Assembly: GCA_021199145.1 (NCBI GenBank)
Contig: JAJQIP010000021.1
Span: 1 to 55,125, forward strand
DNA length: 55,125 nucleotides
Origin: Porphyromonadaceae bacterium
GTDB taxonomy: Bacteria; Bacteroidota; Bacteroidia; Bacteroidales; UBA11471
Direction: 5' to 3'
Positions 1 to 9,381 of the stretch are shown in pieces. The notes beneath the pieces are model-generated. The model did not search any database and had not been told where the DNA came from. It was given only the letters and a program-made list of their open reading frames with translations. A program made the position numbers and the translations under genes. Positions within the stretch are counted from its first letter, which is position 1; the number at the start of each line of letters is the position of its first letter.

Positions 1-1677
1 GACGGAGATAGCGTATATCGTCTCTTCTACGATACCATTAAAGGAGGCGATTATCGTGCTCGGGAAGCCAATGTCTACCGTTTAGCCGAAGTATCAAACT
101 CCATTATTGACCAATGTGTGGCACAAGGTGTACCATTCGCTCGAGAGTATGGAGGATTACTCGATAACCGTTCGTTTGGCGGGGCTCAAGTATCCCGTAC
201 TTTCTACGCCAAGGGACAAACAGGCCAACAACTGCTGCTCGGAGCCTATTCCGCTTTGAGCCGGCAAGTAAAAAAGGGCTCTGTAAAACTCTTCCCCCGA
301 CATGAAATGCTTGACCTTGTCCTCATCGACGGACGTGCCCGTGGAATTATTACCCGCAACCTCATTACGGGTAAAATCGAGCGATATGCTGCACATGCTG
401 TCGTCATCGCTACAGGCGGATACGGCCGTACATACTTCCTCTCAACCAATGCCATGGGGTCAAATGGTTCTGCCGCTATGCAATGTTACCGGAAAGGGGC
501 CTATTTCGCCAATCCGGCTTTCGCACAAATACACCCCACCTGCATTCCTGTACACGGTGAGTTCCAATCGAAACTGACTCTCATGTCAGAGTCTCTCCGT
601 AACGATGGACGCATTTGGGTCCCGAAGAAAAAAGAAGATGCCGAAGCGATACGTGCAGGCAAACTAAAACCGACCAATATTCCAGAAGAAGATCGGGACT
701 ATTATTTGGAACGTCGTTATCCGGCATTCGGGAACCTTGTTCCTCGGGATGTGGCCTCACGTGCCGCCAAAGAGCGTTGCGATGCGGGTTATGGTGTTAG
801 CTCGACGGGATTGGCCGTATATCTCGATTTCTCTTCTGCCATTGAACGGTTAGGCGAAGATGTCGTTCGGGCCCGGTATGGCAATCTTTTCCAAATGTAC
901 GAGAAAATTGTTGATGAAAATCCCTATAAGACACCCATGATGATTTATCCGGCCATTCACTATACAATGGGCGGCATTTGGGTAGATTATGAGCTGAGCA
1001 CCTCGATTCCAGGACTCTTTGCCATTGGTGAAGCCAATTTCTCCGACCATGGGGCCAACCGCTTGGGAGCTTCGGCCTTGATGCAAGGATTGGCAGACGG
1101 TTATTTTGTATTACCCTATACAATACAGAATTATCTTTCCGATCAAATCACCGTACCCCGTTTTAGCACAAGTCTACCGGAATTTGTACAAGCCGAAAAG
1201 GATGTGAATGCTCGAATTGCCCGATTGATGAGCATAAAAGGACAACGTTCCGTTGACTCCATCCATAAGGAATTGGGAAGTATCATGTGGGAATATGTAG
1301 GCATGGGCCGTACCAAAGAAGGCCTCGAAACAGCTCTCCAAAAAATTAAAGAGGTAAAGAAGGAATTTTGGAGCAATGTACGTATCCCAGGGGAAGCCAA
1401 TTCGCTGAATGTTGAACTGGAGAAAGCCCTCCGACTTTCTGATTTCATCGAAATAGGCTACTTAATGACCCTCGATGCCCTCAACCGCAACGAATCGTGC
1501 GGCGGACACTTCCGCGAAGAATTCCAGACTCCTGACGGGGAAGCTCTACGGCAAGATGATAAATACATGTACGCCAGCTGTTGGGAATACCAAGGTGAAG
1601 ACAAAGACCCCATCATGTACAAAGAGCCATTGAACTATCAATATATCAAAGTGCAACAACGTAACTATAAACAATAA
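1..1677 (+). CDS. frdA: succinate dehydrogenase/fumarate reductase flavoprotein subunit (5' end outside window)
   Basis: Frame 1 is open from nt 1 ([27 protein letters not shown]...), so the listed GTG at 118 is internal. Flavoprotein motifs are present: [32 protein letters not shown]. frdB follows directly. Confidence 0.93.
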   Translation, partial: DGDSVYRLFYDTIKGGDYRAREANVYRLAEVSNSIIDQCVAQGVPFAREYGGLLDNRSFGGAQVSRTFYAKGQTGQQLLLGAYSALSRQVKKGSVKLFPRHEMLDLVLIDGRARGIITRNLITGKIERYAAHAVVIATGGYGRTYFLSTNAMGSNGSAAMQCYRKGAYFANPAFAQIHPTCIPVHGEFQSKLTLMSESLRNDGRIWVPKKKEDAEAIRAGKLKPTNIPEEDRDYYLERRYPAFGNLVPRDVASRAAKERCDAGYGVSSTGLAVYLDFSSAIERLGEDVVRARYGNLFQMYEKIVDENPYKTPMMIYPAIHYTMGGIWVDYELSTSIPGLFAIGEANFSDHGANRLGASALMQGLADGYFVLPYTIQNYLSDQITVPRFSTSLPEFVQAEKDVNARIARLMSIKGQRSVDSIHKELGSIMWEYVGMGRTKEGLETALQKIKEVKKEFWSNVRIPGEANSLNVELEKALRLSDFIEIGYLMTLDALNRNESCGGHFREEFQTPDGEALRQDDKYMYASCWEYQGEDKDPIMYKEPLNYQYIKVQQRNYKQ

Positions 1678-1697
1678 TTTACAGGCACACTACGATT

Positions 1698-2453
1698 ATG
1701 GAAAAGAGTATCAATATAACGCTTAGAATTTGGCGGCAAAAAGGTCCGAAAGAAAAAGGGGCCTTCAGAGAATATTCCCTTCAAAACATCTCCATTGACA
1801 CCTCATTTCTCGAAATGCTTGATGTCCTTAATGAACAACTCATTAACAAAGGGGAAGAACCTGTGGTATTCGATCATGACTGCCGGGAAGGTATCTGCGG
1901 CATGTGTTCTCTCTACATCAACGGCCATCCCCATGGCCCCGATGAAGACGTCACCACTTGCCAATTGCATATGCGCAAATTCCATGACGGGGATGTTATC
2001 ACGGTAGAACCCTGGCGTTCGGCCGGATTCCCCATCATCCGTGACTTGATGGTCGATCGTGGAGCATTCGACAAAATCATACAGGCCGGAGGTTATATTT
2101 CGGTCAACACGGGTGGCGTTCCTGATGCCAATGCCATTCCTATTCCCAAGGCCAAAGCAGATGAAGCCATGGATGCAGCCAGCTGCATTGGGTGTGGAGC
2201 CTGCGTGGCAGCTTGTAAAAACGGGTCAGCCATGCTCTTTGTATCGGCCAAAGTAAGTCAACTTGCTTTGCTTCCCCAAGGACGCATAGAAGCGGCCCGC
2301 CGAGCTAAAGCCATGCTTTCAAAAATGGACGAACTGGGATTTGGTAACTGTACCAATACGGGAGCCTGCGAAGCCGAATGCCCTAAAAATATCTCCATTA
2401 CCAATATTGCTCGCCTCAATCGCGAATTTATCAAAGCGAAACTCAAAGACTGA
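1698..2453 (+). CDS. frdB: succinate dehydrogenase/fumarate reductase iron-sulfur subunit
   Basis: 251 aa with Cys clusters [20 protein letters not shown] and [12 protein letters not shown]. Starts 21 nt after frdA. Confidence 0.93.
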   Translation: MEKSINITLRIWRQKGPKEKGAFREYSLQNISIDTSFLEMLDVLNEQLINKGEEPVVFDHDCREGICGMCSLYINGHPHGPDEDVTTCQLHMRKFHDGDVITVEPWRSAGFPIIRDLMVDRGAFDKIIQAGGYISVNTGGVPDANAIPIPKAKADEAMDAASCIGCGACVAACKNGSAMLFVSAKVSQLALLPQGRIEAARRAKAMLSKMDELGFGNCTNTGACEAECPKNISITNIARLNREFIKAKLKD

Positions 2454-2498
2454 CCTTAATTACATACGGGCAATCTCCCGAAAGGATTCTACTTTCTC

Positions 2499-2541
2499 AC
2501 CCCTTGCTCCTATCAAATCGGAAACAAGGGGTAAGTTTTTT
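2499..2541 (+). terminator. intrinsic terminator after frdB
   Basis: 8-bp stem ACCCCTTG/CAAGGGGT (2499-2506 with 2525-2532) followed by a T6 run at 2536-2541. Confidence 0.65.
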
Positions 2542-2648
2542 ATCCCTTTGCGCATCCCATAAAACCAGATTCTTTAAAAGAGCCTATACTCCACTGCATT
2601 TGATTTTACTTTTCTCTCTAAACGAAATAGCTGTTAGGTAAAATATCT

Positions 2649-2656
2649 TATCTTTG
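2649..2656 (+). promoter_or_regulatory. Bacteroidetes sigma-A -7 box TATCTTTG
   Basis: Exact TAnnTTTG match about 120 nt upstream of the ATG at 2778. Confidence 0.5.
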
Positions 2657-2777
2657 TGCGTCTTATAAAAGACATTCTGAGAGGGAGAATCGTCTCTTAA
2701 GTCAAATCTTTTATAAGATATCGCCGGGCCATTGAAAAAACTTCTCCGGCAGTCTCTTAGCGTAAAAAAAGGAAATT

Positions 2778-4442
2778 ATGACATCAACGACATCGACATT
2801 CATCGCTAAAACCTTTCAAGGTCTTGAGGAGGTCTTGGCTGTAGAAATTGAAGCTCTCGGTGGGAAAGATATAGAAATAGGCCATCGCATGGTCTCTTTT
2901 ACAGGGGACAAAGAACTCCTTTATAAGACAAATTTACACTGCCGTACGGCTTTACGTATTCTCAAACAGATACATACCTTTACGGCCAAAGATACAGATG
3001 AACTTTACGAGCAAGTCAAAAAAATAGATTGGACGAATTATCTTACGCCCTCTATGACTTTCGCCATCGATCCGGTCGTTTTTTCCGATGAGTTCCGACA
3101 CTCCAAATTTGTTGCCTATCGTGCCAAAGATGCCATTGCCGACTTTTTCAACGAACGTTTCGGTGAACGTCCTTCGGTACGCTTGAACAATACCGATATT
3201 CTGATTAATTTACATATCAATCAGACGACCTGCATTTTATCCCTTGACAGTTCTGGGGAGTCCTTACATCATCGGGGGTATCGCATAGCACAGAATGAAA
3301 CGCCGTTGAATGAGGTGCTGGCTGCCGGCTTACTCCTTTTAGCGGGATGGGATGGAAGTCGCGACCTCATTGACCCCATGTGTGGTTCGGGGACGTTCCT
3401 CATTGAAGCGGCCCTCATTGCCACAGGGACTCCTGCCGGCATTTACCGGAAAGATTTCTCTTTCAAACATTGGAATGACTTCGATGCAGAACTTTTTGAA
3501 CGGCTTTACAATGACGAAAGCTGCGAACATCCTTTCGAGCACAAAATATATGGCAGTGACATCTCGCCCGTTGCCATAGAAATTGCCCAGGAAAACATTA
3601 AAAATGCGGGTATGAGCCGGTATATCAATCTTGCCGTAAAGCCCATGCAACAATATACCGAAGGAGAGATAACCCCAGGTGGTCTGCTCATAACGGACCC
3701 TCCCTATGGAAAACGCATTACCACGGACGATTTCATGGGACTATACTCCATGATAGGAACGCAATTAAAACATGTATTCAAAGGATTCGATGCCTGGATA
3801 CTTAGCTACAATGATGAATGTTTTGACCATATCGGACTAAAAGCGGCGACCCGGATTCCAATCATGAATGGCCCTCTGGAATGCAGTTTCCGTAAATACG
3901 AAATCTTTGATGGCAAATACAACGATTTCAAGCGGGAAACAGGAGGATTCAAACGGGAGGAAGCATCCGAAAAAGAATTTGATAGGAAAAAATTTCCACG
4001 AGCAGGTTGGAAACAAGAAGGGCCTCGTTTTCCCAAAGAGAGAAGAGAAAGAGGTCCCCGCCCATTTGACGACCGCAAACGCCCCTTGCGGGACGAAAAC
4101 TTTCGTACGGAAAGAAGAGAAAAGCCCCAATATCGGGATGGGGAGGAAAGAGACTTTGAAAGAAACGGAAACAGCTATCAAAGGAATTATCGGGATAACG
4201 GTTTTCGGTCACAATTCTCCGACAGATTCCACGACAAAAGAGAAGAGCCTTATGAGAAGAAATTTACGGCTGAATATGACTACGATGAAGAGATAAAAAT
4301 ATCCCGTTTCCGTCGAGAACGTCCCCACGGAGATGAAGCCATCCGCAGTTATGTCAGAGGGAGGAAACCTTCCATAGGAAATCCTGATAAAAAAACCGGA
4401 ACGGAAGAAGACCATTTTTCTAAGATTTTCAAAAAAAAGTAA
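2778..4442 (+). CDS. THUMP-domain class I SAM-dependent RNA methyltransferase (RlmL/RlmK-like) with a long charged C-terminal tail
   Basis: N-terminal THUMP-like region, SAM loop DPMCGSGTF and the DPPYG catalytic motif. About aa 384-554 is an R/E/K/D-rich low-complexity tail. Confidence 0.85.
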   Translation: MTSTTSTFIAKTFQGLEEVLAVEIEALGGKDIEIGHRMVSFTGDKELLYKTNLHCRTALRILKQIHTFTAKDTDELYEQVKKIDWTNYLTPSMTFAIDPVVFSDEFRHSKFVAYRAKDAIADFFNERFGERPSVRLNNTDILINLHINQTTCILSLDSSGESLHHRGYRIAQNETPLNEVLAAGLLLLAGWDGSRDLIDPMCGSGTFLIEAALIATGTPAGIYRKDFSFKHWNDFDAELFERLYNDESCEHPFEHKIYGSDISPVAIEIAQENIKNAGMSRYINLAVKPMQQYTEGEITPGGLLITDPPYGKRITTDDFMGLYSMIGTQLKHVFKGFDAWILSYNDECFDHIGLKAATRIPIMNGPLECSFRKYEIFDGKYNDFKRETGGFKREEASEKEFDRKKFPRAGWKQEGPRFPKERRERGPRPFDDRKRPLRDENFRTERREKPQYRDGEERDFERNGNSYQRNYRDNGFRSQFSDRFHDKREEPYEKKFTAEYDYDEEIKISRFRRERPHGDEAIRSYVRGRKPSIGNPDKKTGTEEDHFSKIFKKK

Positions 4443-4451
4443 CCTATCCTT

Positions 4452-6602
4452 ATGAAACATTTTATTGTCTTGTTTACGCTTCTGCTTGCCATGAATGCCA
4501 CCGCACAAGAAAAACAACTCACCGCACAAGACTTGATTCCAGGAGGGAAAAATGTCAGTCGCTTTGCGCCTAAAAGTCTGCGACAACTCACTTTTGTCGG
4601 AGATAACTACCTCTACCGCCAAGGAGACACCTTATTGATGACCTATCCCGGAAGCAAGGTACATACGCCTTGGCTCACACTCGAAGAACTGAATAGAGGG
4701 TTGGAAGCAGCCAAACTGAAAACAGTCACGTCACTACCCTCTTTTTCCATTGAAGAGAGTACAGGGATTCCCTATCTATTTTTCCATTACCAATCTTCGG
4801 TCATCCTCTATAATCCCACATCCGGTCGTATCGAATGCCGCATTCCGTATCAAAAAGGGGATGGTGACTTCGCTTTTGAACCTCGGCAAAAGCGCTTGGC
4901 TGTAACACACGGCCACGACCTGATAATCATTGACAGAGACAGTAACCGTATCGTAGTGGCTCACGACGACAGCACTGCCGTCTCTTTTGGGGCCTCGAAT
5001 GTACATCGCAACGAGTTCGGCATATCGTCAGGCATTTTCTGGTCACCCCAAGGGAATGCATTGGCTTTCTACCGCATGGATGAAAGTCATGTCACCGACT
5101 ACCCCCTTGTTGACATTTCAACCCGAACCGCCACACTGAAAGCCATGAAATACCCGATGGCGGGAATGGCCAGTCACGAAGTAAAAGTGGGGATTTACCA
5201 CATTGCCTCCGGCGATACAATCTATCTGCGGACACCTGGGGAGAAAGACCAATATCTGACCAACATATCCTGGGCACCCGATGAGAAGAGTATCTATCTG
5301 CAACGGCTAAACCGCCGGCAAGACACATGCCGCACCGAAGTCTACGATGCCATGAGTGGCCGATTGCTCCGGACTCTTTTCACAGAGACATCCGATAAAT
5401 ATGTCGAACCGCAATACCCTATATTTTTCCTACCCGGACGAAACGACCGTTTTGTACATTTCTCCCGACGGGACGGATATCAGCATCTCTACCTCTACAA
5501 TACCAAAGGGAAATTGTTAAAGCAACTGACTTCAGGGCCGTGGGAAGTCTTCTCGGCCACTCCATCACCTGACGGCAAATCTCTTTTTGTCACATCAAAC
5601 GAGGCCTCTCCACTCGAACAGAATCTCTATAAAATTTCCGTCGCGACCGGACAACGAACCCGTCTGACACCACAAAGCGGTATGCACTATACGACAATAA
5701 GCCGTTCGGGAAATCAAGTCATTGATTTATTTTCCAATCACGACACACCTCGCATCACACAACTTATCTCTACATCAAGCGGGGAAATTGATACACTGCT
5801 CATTGCCAAGAATCCCTACGAAAACTATGAGGCCCCCAATGTCGTTAGTGGTACATTGAAAGCGGCTGACGGCACGACCGACCTTTACTACCGTATCACC
5901 CTGCCTCCCCATTTCGACCCGGAACAAAAATATCCGGTCATTGTCTATGTTTATGGGGGGCCACACCTCCAACTCGTGAATGACAGTTGGCTCTGGGGGG
6001 CAAAAGGGAATGACCTGCTGATGGCCGTAAACGGTTATGTTGTCTTCACCCTTGATAACCGGGGGTCTGCCAATCGGGGGTTACCTTTTGAAGACGTTAC
6101 TTTTCACCATCTGGGTGAAAAAGAAATGGCCGACCAGATGCAAGGCATCAAATGGCTGCAAGAACAACCCTGGTGTGATACCACCCGTATCGGAGTACAT
6201 GGATGGAGTTTCGGCGGCTTCATGACCACCAACCTCATGCTCAGCCACGGAGATATTTTCAAAGTCGGAGTAGCTGGCGGTGCGGTCATTGATTGGCAAT
6301 ATTATGAAGTCATGTATGGTGAGCGTTATATGGGATGCCCCCAAGATAACCCGGAAGGATACAAATCGTCAAATCTCAATTTGAAAGCGGGAAATCTGCA
6401 AGGACATCTATTGCTCATACATTGTGACACAGATCCGGTGGTTGTCTGGCAAAACAGTCTCTCATTCCTGAAAAACTGTATCAAAGCAGGCACCTATCCC
6501 GACTATTTTGTCTACCCGGGCCATGCGCACAACGTCATGGGTCCGGAGCGAGTGCACCTATATGAAAAAGTTCTTCGCTATTTCGATGATTATTTGAAAT
6601 AA
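4452..6602 (+). CDS. dipeptidyl-peptidase IV (S9B serine peptidase), secreted
   Basis: Signal peptide [19 protein letters not shown], a beta-propeller-length N-terminal part, and the nucleophile elbow GWSFGG in the C-terminal hydrolase domain. Confidence 0.9.
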   Translation: MKHFIVLFTLLLAMNATAQEKQLTAQDLIPGGKNVSRFAPKSLRQLTFVGDNYLYRQGDTLLMTYPGSKVHTPWLTLEELNRGLEAAKLKTVTSLPSFSIEESTGIPYLFFHYQSSVILYNPTSGRIECRIPYQKGDGDFAFEPRQKRLAVTHGHDLIIIDRDSNRIVVAHDDSTAVSFGASNVHRNEFGISSGIFWSPQGNALAFYRMDESHVTDYPLVDISTRTATLKAMKYPMAGMASHEVKVGIYHIASGDTIYLRTPGEKDQYLTNISWAPDEKSIYLQRLNRRQDTCRTEVYDAMSGRLLRTLFTETSDKYVEPQYPIFFLPGRNDRFVHFSRRDGYQHLYLYNTKGKLLKQLTSGPWEVFSATPSPDGKSLFVTSNEASPLEQNLYKISVATGQRTRLTPQSGMHYTTISRSGNQVIDLFSNHDTPRITQLISTSSGEIDTLLIAKNPYENYEAPNVVSGTLKAADGTTDLYYRITLPPHFDPEQKYPVIVYVYGGPHLQLVNDSWLWGAKGNDLLMAVNGYVVFTLDNRGSANRGLPFEDVTFHHLGEKEMADQMQGIKWLQEQPWCDTTRIGVHGWSFGGFMTTNLMLSHGDIFKVGVAGGAVIDWQYYEVMYGERYMGCPQDNPEGYKSSNLNLKAGNLQGHLLLIHCDTDPVVVWQNSLSFLKNCIKAGTYPDYFVYPGHAHNVMGPERVHLYEKVLRYFDDYLK

Positions 6603-6609
6603 ACATATC

Positions 6610-7878
6610 ATGAATATTTTATTATTAGGTTCAGGAGGACGGGAAAATGCCCTTGGATGGAAAATCGTCCAAAGTCCCAAGGTAGAAAAACTTTATATTG
6701 CACCCGGAAATGCGGGAACGGCCCATATCGGCACAAATGTGAATTTATCACCTACAGACTTTCCTGCCTTGCGTGAATTCGCTCTCCATCACGCTATCGA
6801 TATGGTCGTTGTCGGCCCGGAAGACCCGCTAGTAAAAGGATTATACGATTATTTTAAAAACGACCCGACCCTATCGCATATTCCCGTCATTGGGCCATCG
6901 GCGAGCGGCGCCCGTCTCGAGGGCAGCAAAAATTTTGCCAAAGCGTTCATGCAACGCCACCACATTCCTACCGCCCGTTACCAAAGTTTCACGATTGATA
7001 CCCTAAACCAGGCATACGATTTCCTTGAAAGCCTTAAAGCCCCTTACGTCCTCAAGGCTGATGGTCTTGCTGCCGGGAAAGGGGTACTTATTCTTCCGAC
7101 GCTTGCTGAAGCTAAAAAGGAGTTGAAAGAGATGTTGTCCGGTATGTTCGGAGAATCCAGCCACACGGTTGTCATCGAAGAATTCCTTTCAGGCATTGAA
7201 TGCTCGGTATTTGTTCTCACAGACGGTAAAAGCTATAAAATCCTACCTGTGGCCAAAGACTATAAACGGATTGGAGAAGGAGATATCGGTCTTAATACCG
7301 GAGGTATGGGGGCTGTTTCGCCTGTGCCTTTTGCCGATGAGACATTCATGAAAAAAGTCGAACAACGTATCATTGTTCCTACCATTGAAGGATTAAAAAC
7401 CGAAGGAATTGATTACAAAGGATTTATATTCTTAGGGCTTATCAATGTAAAAGGCGAACCCATGGTGATTGAATATAACGTACGCATGGGCGACCCCGAA
7501 ACAGAAGTGGTCATGTTGCGCATCAAAAGCGACCTTGTAGAACTGCTCGAAGGTGTGGCACAGGGGAATCTTGAAGAACGTCCGTTGGAAATAGATTCCC
7601 GTACTGCCGTGACGGTCATGTTAGTCTCCGGAGGCTATCCTGGTTCGTATGAAAAAGGGAAAATCATCTCCGGCCTTGAAAAAGTTTCAGACAGTATCCT
7701 TTTTCATGCGGGGACAACTGAAAAGGAGGGGCACATTGTGACCAACGGAGGCCGTGTCATTGCCATCAGCTCATACGGAAATCATAAAGCAGAAGCATTA
7801 GCCCGCTCATTTTCCAATGCTTCAAAAATCGAATTTGAAAAGAAATATTTCCGTTCAGACATCGGATTCGACCTTTAG
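6610..7878 (+). CDS. purD: phosphoribosylamine--glycine ligase
   Basis: [19 protein letters not shown]-terminus, ATP-grasp core and [10 protein letters not shown] motif; 422 aa. Confidence 0.95.
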   Translation: MNILLLGSGGRENALGWKIVQSPKVEKLYIAPGNAGTAHIGTNVNLSPTDFPALREFALHHAIDMVVVGPEDPLVKGLYDYFKNDPTLSHIPVIGPSASGARLEGSKNFAKAFMQRHHIPTARYQSFTIDTLNQAYDFLESLKAPYVLKADGLAAGKGVLILPTLAEAKKELKEMLSGMFGESSHTVVIEEFLSGIECSVFVLTDGKSYKILPVAKDYKRIGEGDIGLNTGGMGAVSPVPFADETFMKKVEQRIIVPTIEGLKTEGIDYKGFIFLGLINVKGEPMVIEYNVRMGDPETEVVMLRIKSDLVELLEGVAQGNLEERPLEIDSRTAVTVMLVSGGYPGSYEKGKIISGLEKVSDSILFHAGTTEKEGHIVTNGGRVIAISSYGNHKAEALARSFSNASKIEFEKKYFRSDIGFDL

Positions 7879-7893
7879 CCCGTCGGTCTCCAG

Positions 7894-8886
7894 ATGGAAT
7901 CGCAGAGAAGCAAAATATTTTCGGTCATAGGAAGGCATCATTATGCACCCGGGATATGGTGTATCATGTTGTTACTTTCCCTGGGATCTGCCATTTTCGG
8001 GAGAGGAAGGCAAACAGAATTAAGCGATACTTTAGGGGGAATTTTTACCTGTACCGCATGGGAAACCGCCGCTATCGTATACCTGGCCTATTTATTGGCA
8101 ACCATCCTCAGTTGTTGGCTCCTTTTACGGCTTAACAATGCCTATAGCCTCATTCAACAACGCACAGCACTACCCTCCACATTACTGATTTTCTTTAATG
8201 GATGTGTACCCTCTTTTGCCAACACGCTCAACATTGGTATATGGCTTTCGCCCCTGTTTGTCGGTTTACTTTATCTGCTTTACAGCACCTATCAATCCCC
8301 CGGAAGGGAAACTCCTTATGGTATAGGCCTCCTCATCATGATAGGCGCCCTGATATGGCCCCCCTTCATTGCCTTGCTTCTGCCTTTCTTGGCGGGTCTG
8401 ATATACATGCGGGCCATAACATGGCGGACGATAACCGCCATGTTATTGGGGGTACTCACACCCGTATGGCTATTTTTCTGCATCTGTTTCCTATTCGACC
8501 TTGACCCACCCTACTCAATCGCTGATTTCACGGCCATTTTTGTACCCGATGAAGTAGTGGTTTCGCCTTGGTCTATAAAAAATATCGGTTTTTTCATTGC
8601 GCTGGTTGTTGTAGGAATCAGTTGCTGTATATCCATAAGCTATGTCATCTCCTGGTACAAAATACAGACCTGGTACAGTAACCGCTTTCTGGCCTTACTG
8701 TTTGCCGTACTCTTGATTATCTGCTTTTTGAATCCCCTCTCCATGACCTCCTGTCTGCCCCTATTACACATTCTATTGGCCCAGGCTATCGGATACTACC
8801 TTACCCATGCCCAAAATCGATTTCTCCTATGGCAAGCGGGCATTGTGATAGCCGTCTATTTATTCTTGTATGTATGGAATTTCTAA
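7894..8886 (+). CDS. polytopic integral membrane protein, function unknown
   Basis: 330 aa made almost entirely of hydrophobic helices (at least 8 apparent TM segments). I recognise no catalytic motif. Start codon uncertain. Confidence 0.6.
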   Translation: MESQRSKIFSVIGRHHYAPGIWCIMLLLSLGSAIFGRGRQTELSDTLGGIFTCTAWETAAIVYLAYLLATILSCWLLLRLNNAYSLIQQRTALPSTLLIFFNGCVPSFANTLNIGIWLSPLFVGLLYLLYSTYQSPGRETPYGIGLLIMIGALIWPPFIALLLPFLAGLIYMRAITWRTITAMLLGVLTPVWLFFCICFLFDLDPPYSIADFTAIFVPDEVVVSPWSIKNIGFFIALVVVGISCCISISYVISWYKIQTWYSNRFLALLFAVLLIICFLNPLSMTSCLPLLHILLAQAIGYYLTHAQNRFLLWQAGIVIAVYLFLYVWNF

Positions 8887-9323
8887 CAAGCCTGAATGAA
8901 TGGGGGTATATAGGACTTTTCATCGCCGCTTTTGTGGCGGGCAGCATCTTACCTTTCAGTTCCGAGGTTGTCCTTGCCCTGCTGTTAGTCGCCAAATATT
9001 CCCCAGGCTGGTGTCTTGCCATAGCCACCTTGGGAAATTGGTTAGGGGGTATGAGTTGCTATTATCTCGGTCGACTGGGAAAACTCGAATGGCTAGAAAA
9101 ATATTTGAAAATTTCCCAACGCAAAATAGAAAAGACACGGCATCTCTTAGATAAGAAAGGGGCTTACATGAGTTTCTTTTCGTTTATCCCAGGCATTGGC
9201 GGCGCCATTGTCGTAACTTTAGGATATATGCGCTCCAACCCCTATATCACGGGCCTGTCCATGTTTGCCGGAAAGATATTGCGCTATTACCTCATCGTTA
9301 TCGGAGTCGACTGGATATTTTAA
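8874..9323 (+). CDS. YqaA/DedA-type (SNARE-associated) small membrane protein
   Basis: I start it at MEFLTSLNEWGYIGLFIAAFVAGSILPFSSEVV rather than the listed 8829. That gives a 13-nt overlap with the upstream stop and a typical family N-terminus. Confidence 0.7.
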   Translation: MEFLTSLNEWGYIGLFIAAFVAGSILPFSSEVVLALLLVAKYSPGWCLAIATLGNWLGGMSCYYLGRLGKLEWLEKYLKISQRKIEKTRHLLDKKGAYMSFFSFIPGIGGAIVVTLGYMRSNPYITGLSMFAGKILRYYLIVIGVDWIF

Positions 9324-9381
9324 TGCCTGAGGATTATCCATCCCCAGGCATTAAGAAAAATATTTTATTTAAAAGGTGTGA

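Noticed and set aside
9322-9352. A hairpin, AATGCCTG...CAGGCATT, between the convergent yqaA-like gene and secDF, considered as a bidirectional terminator.
   Set aside because: The stem is only 8 bp with a 15-nt loop, and there is no U tract on either strand. It is plausible but too weak to list as a feature.
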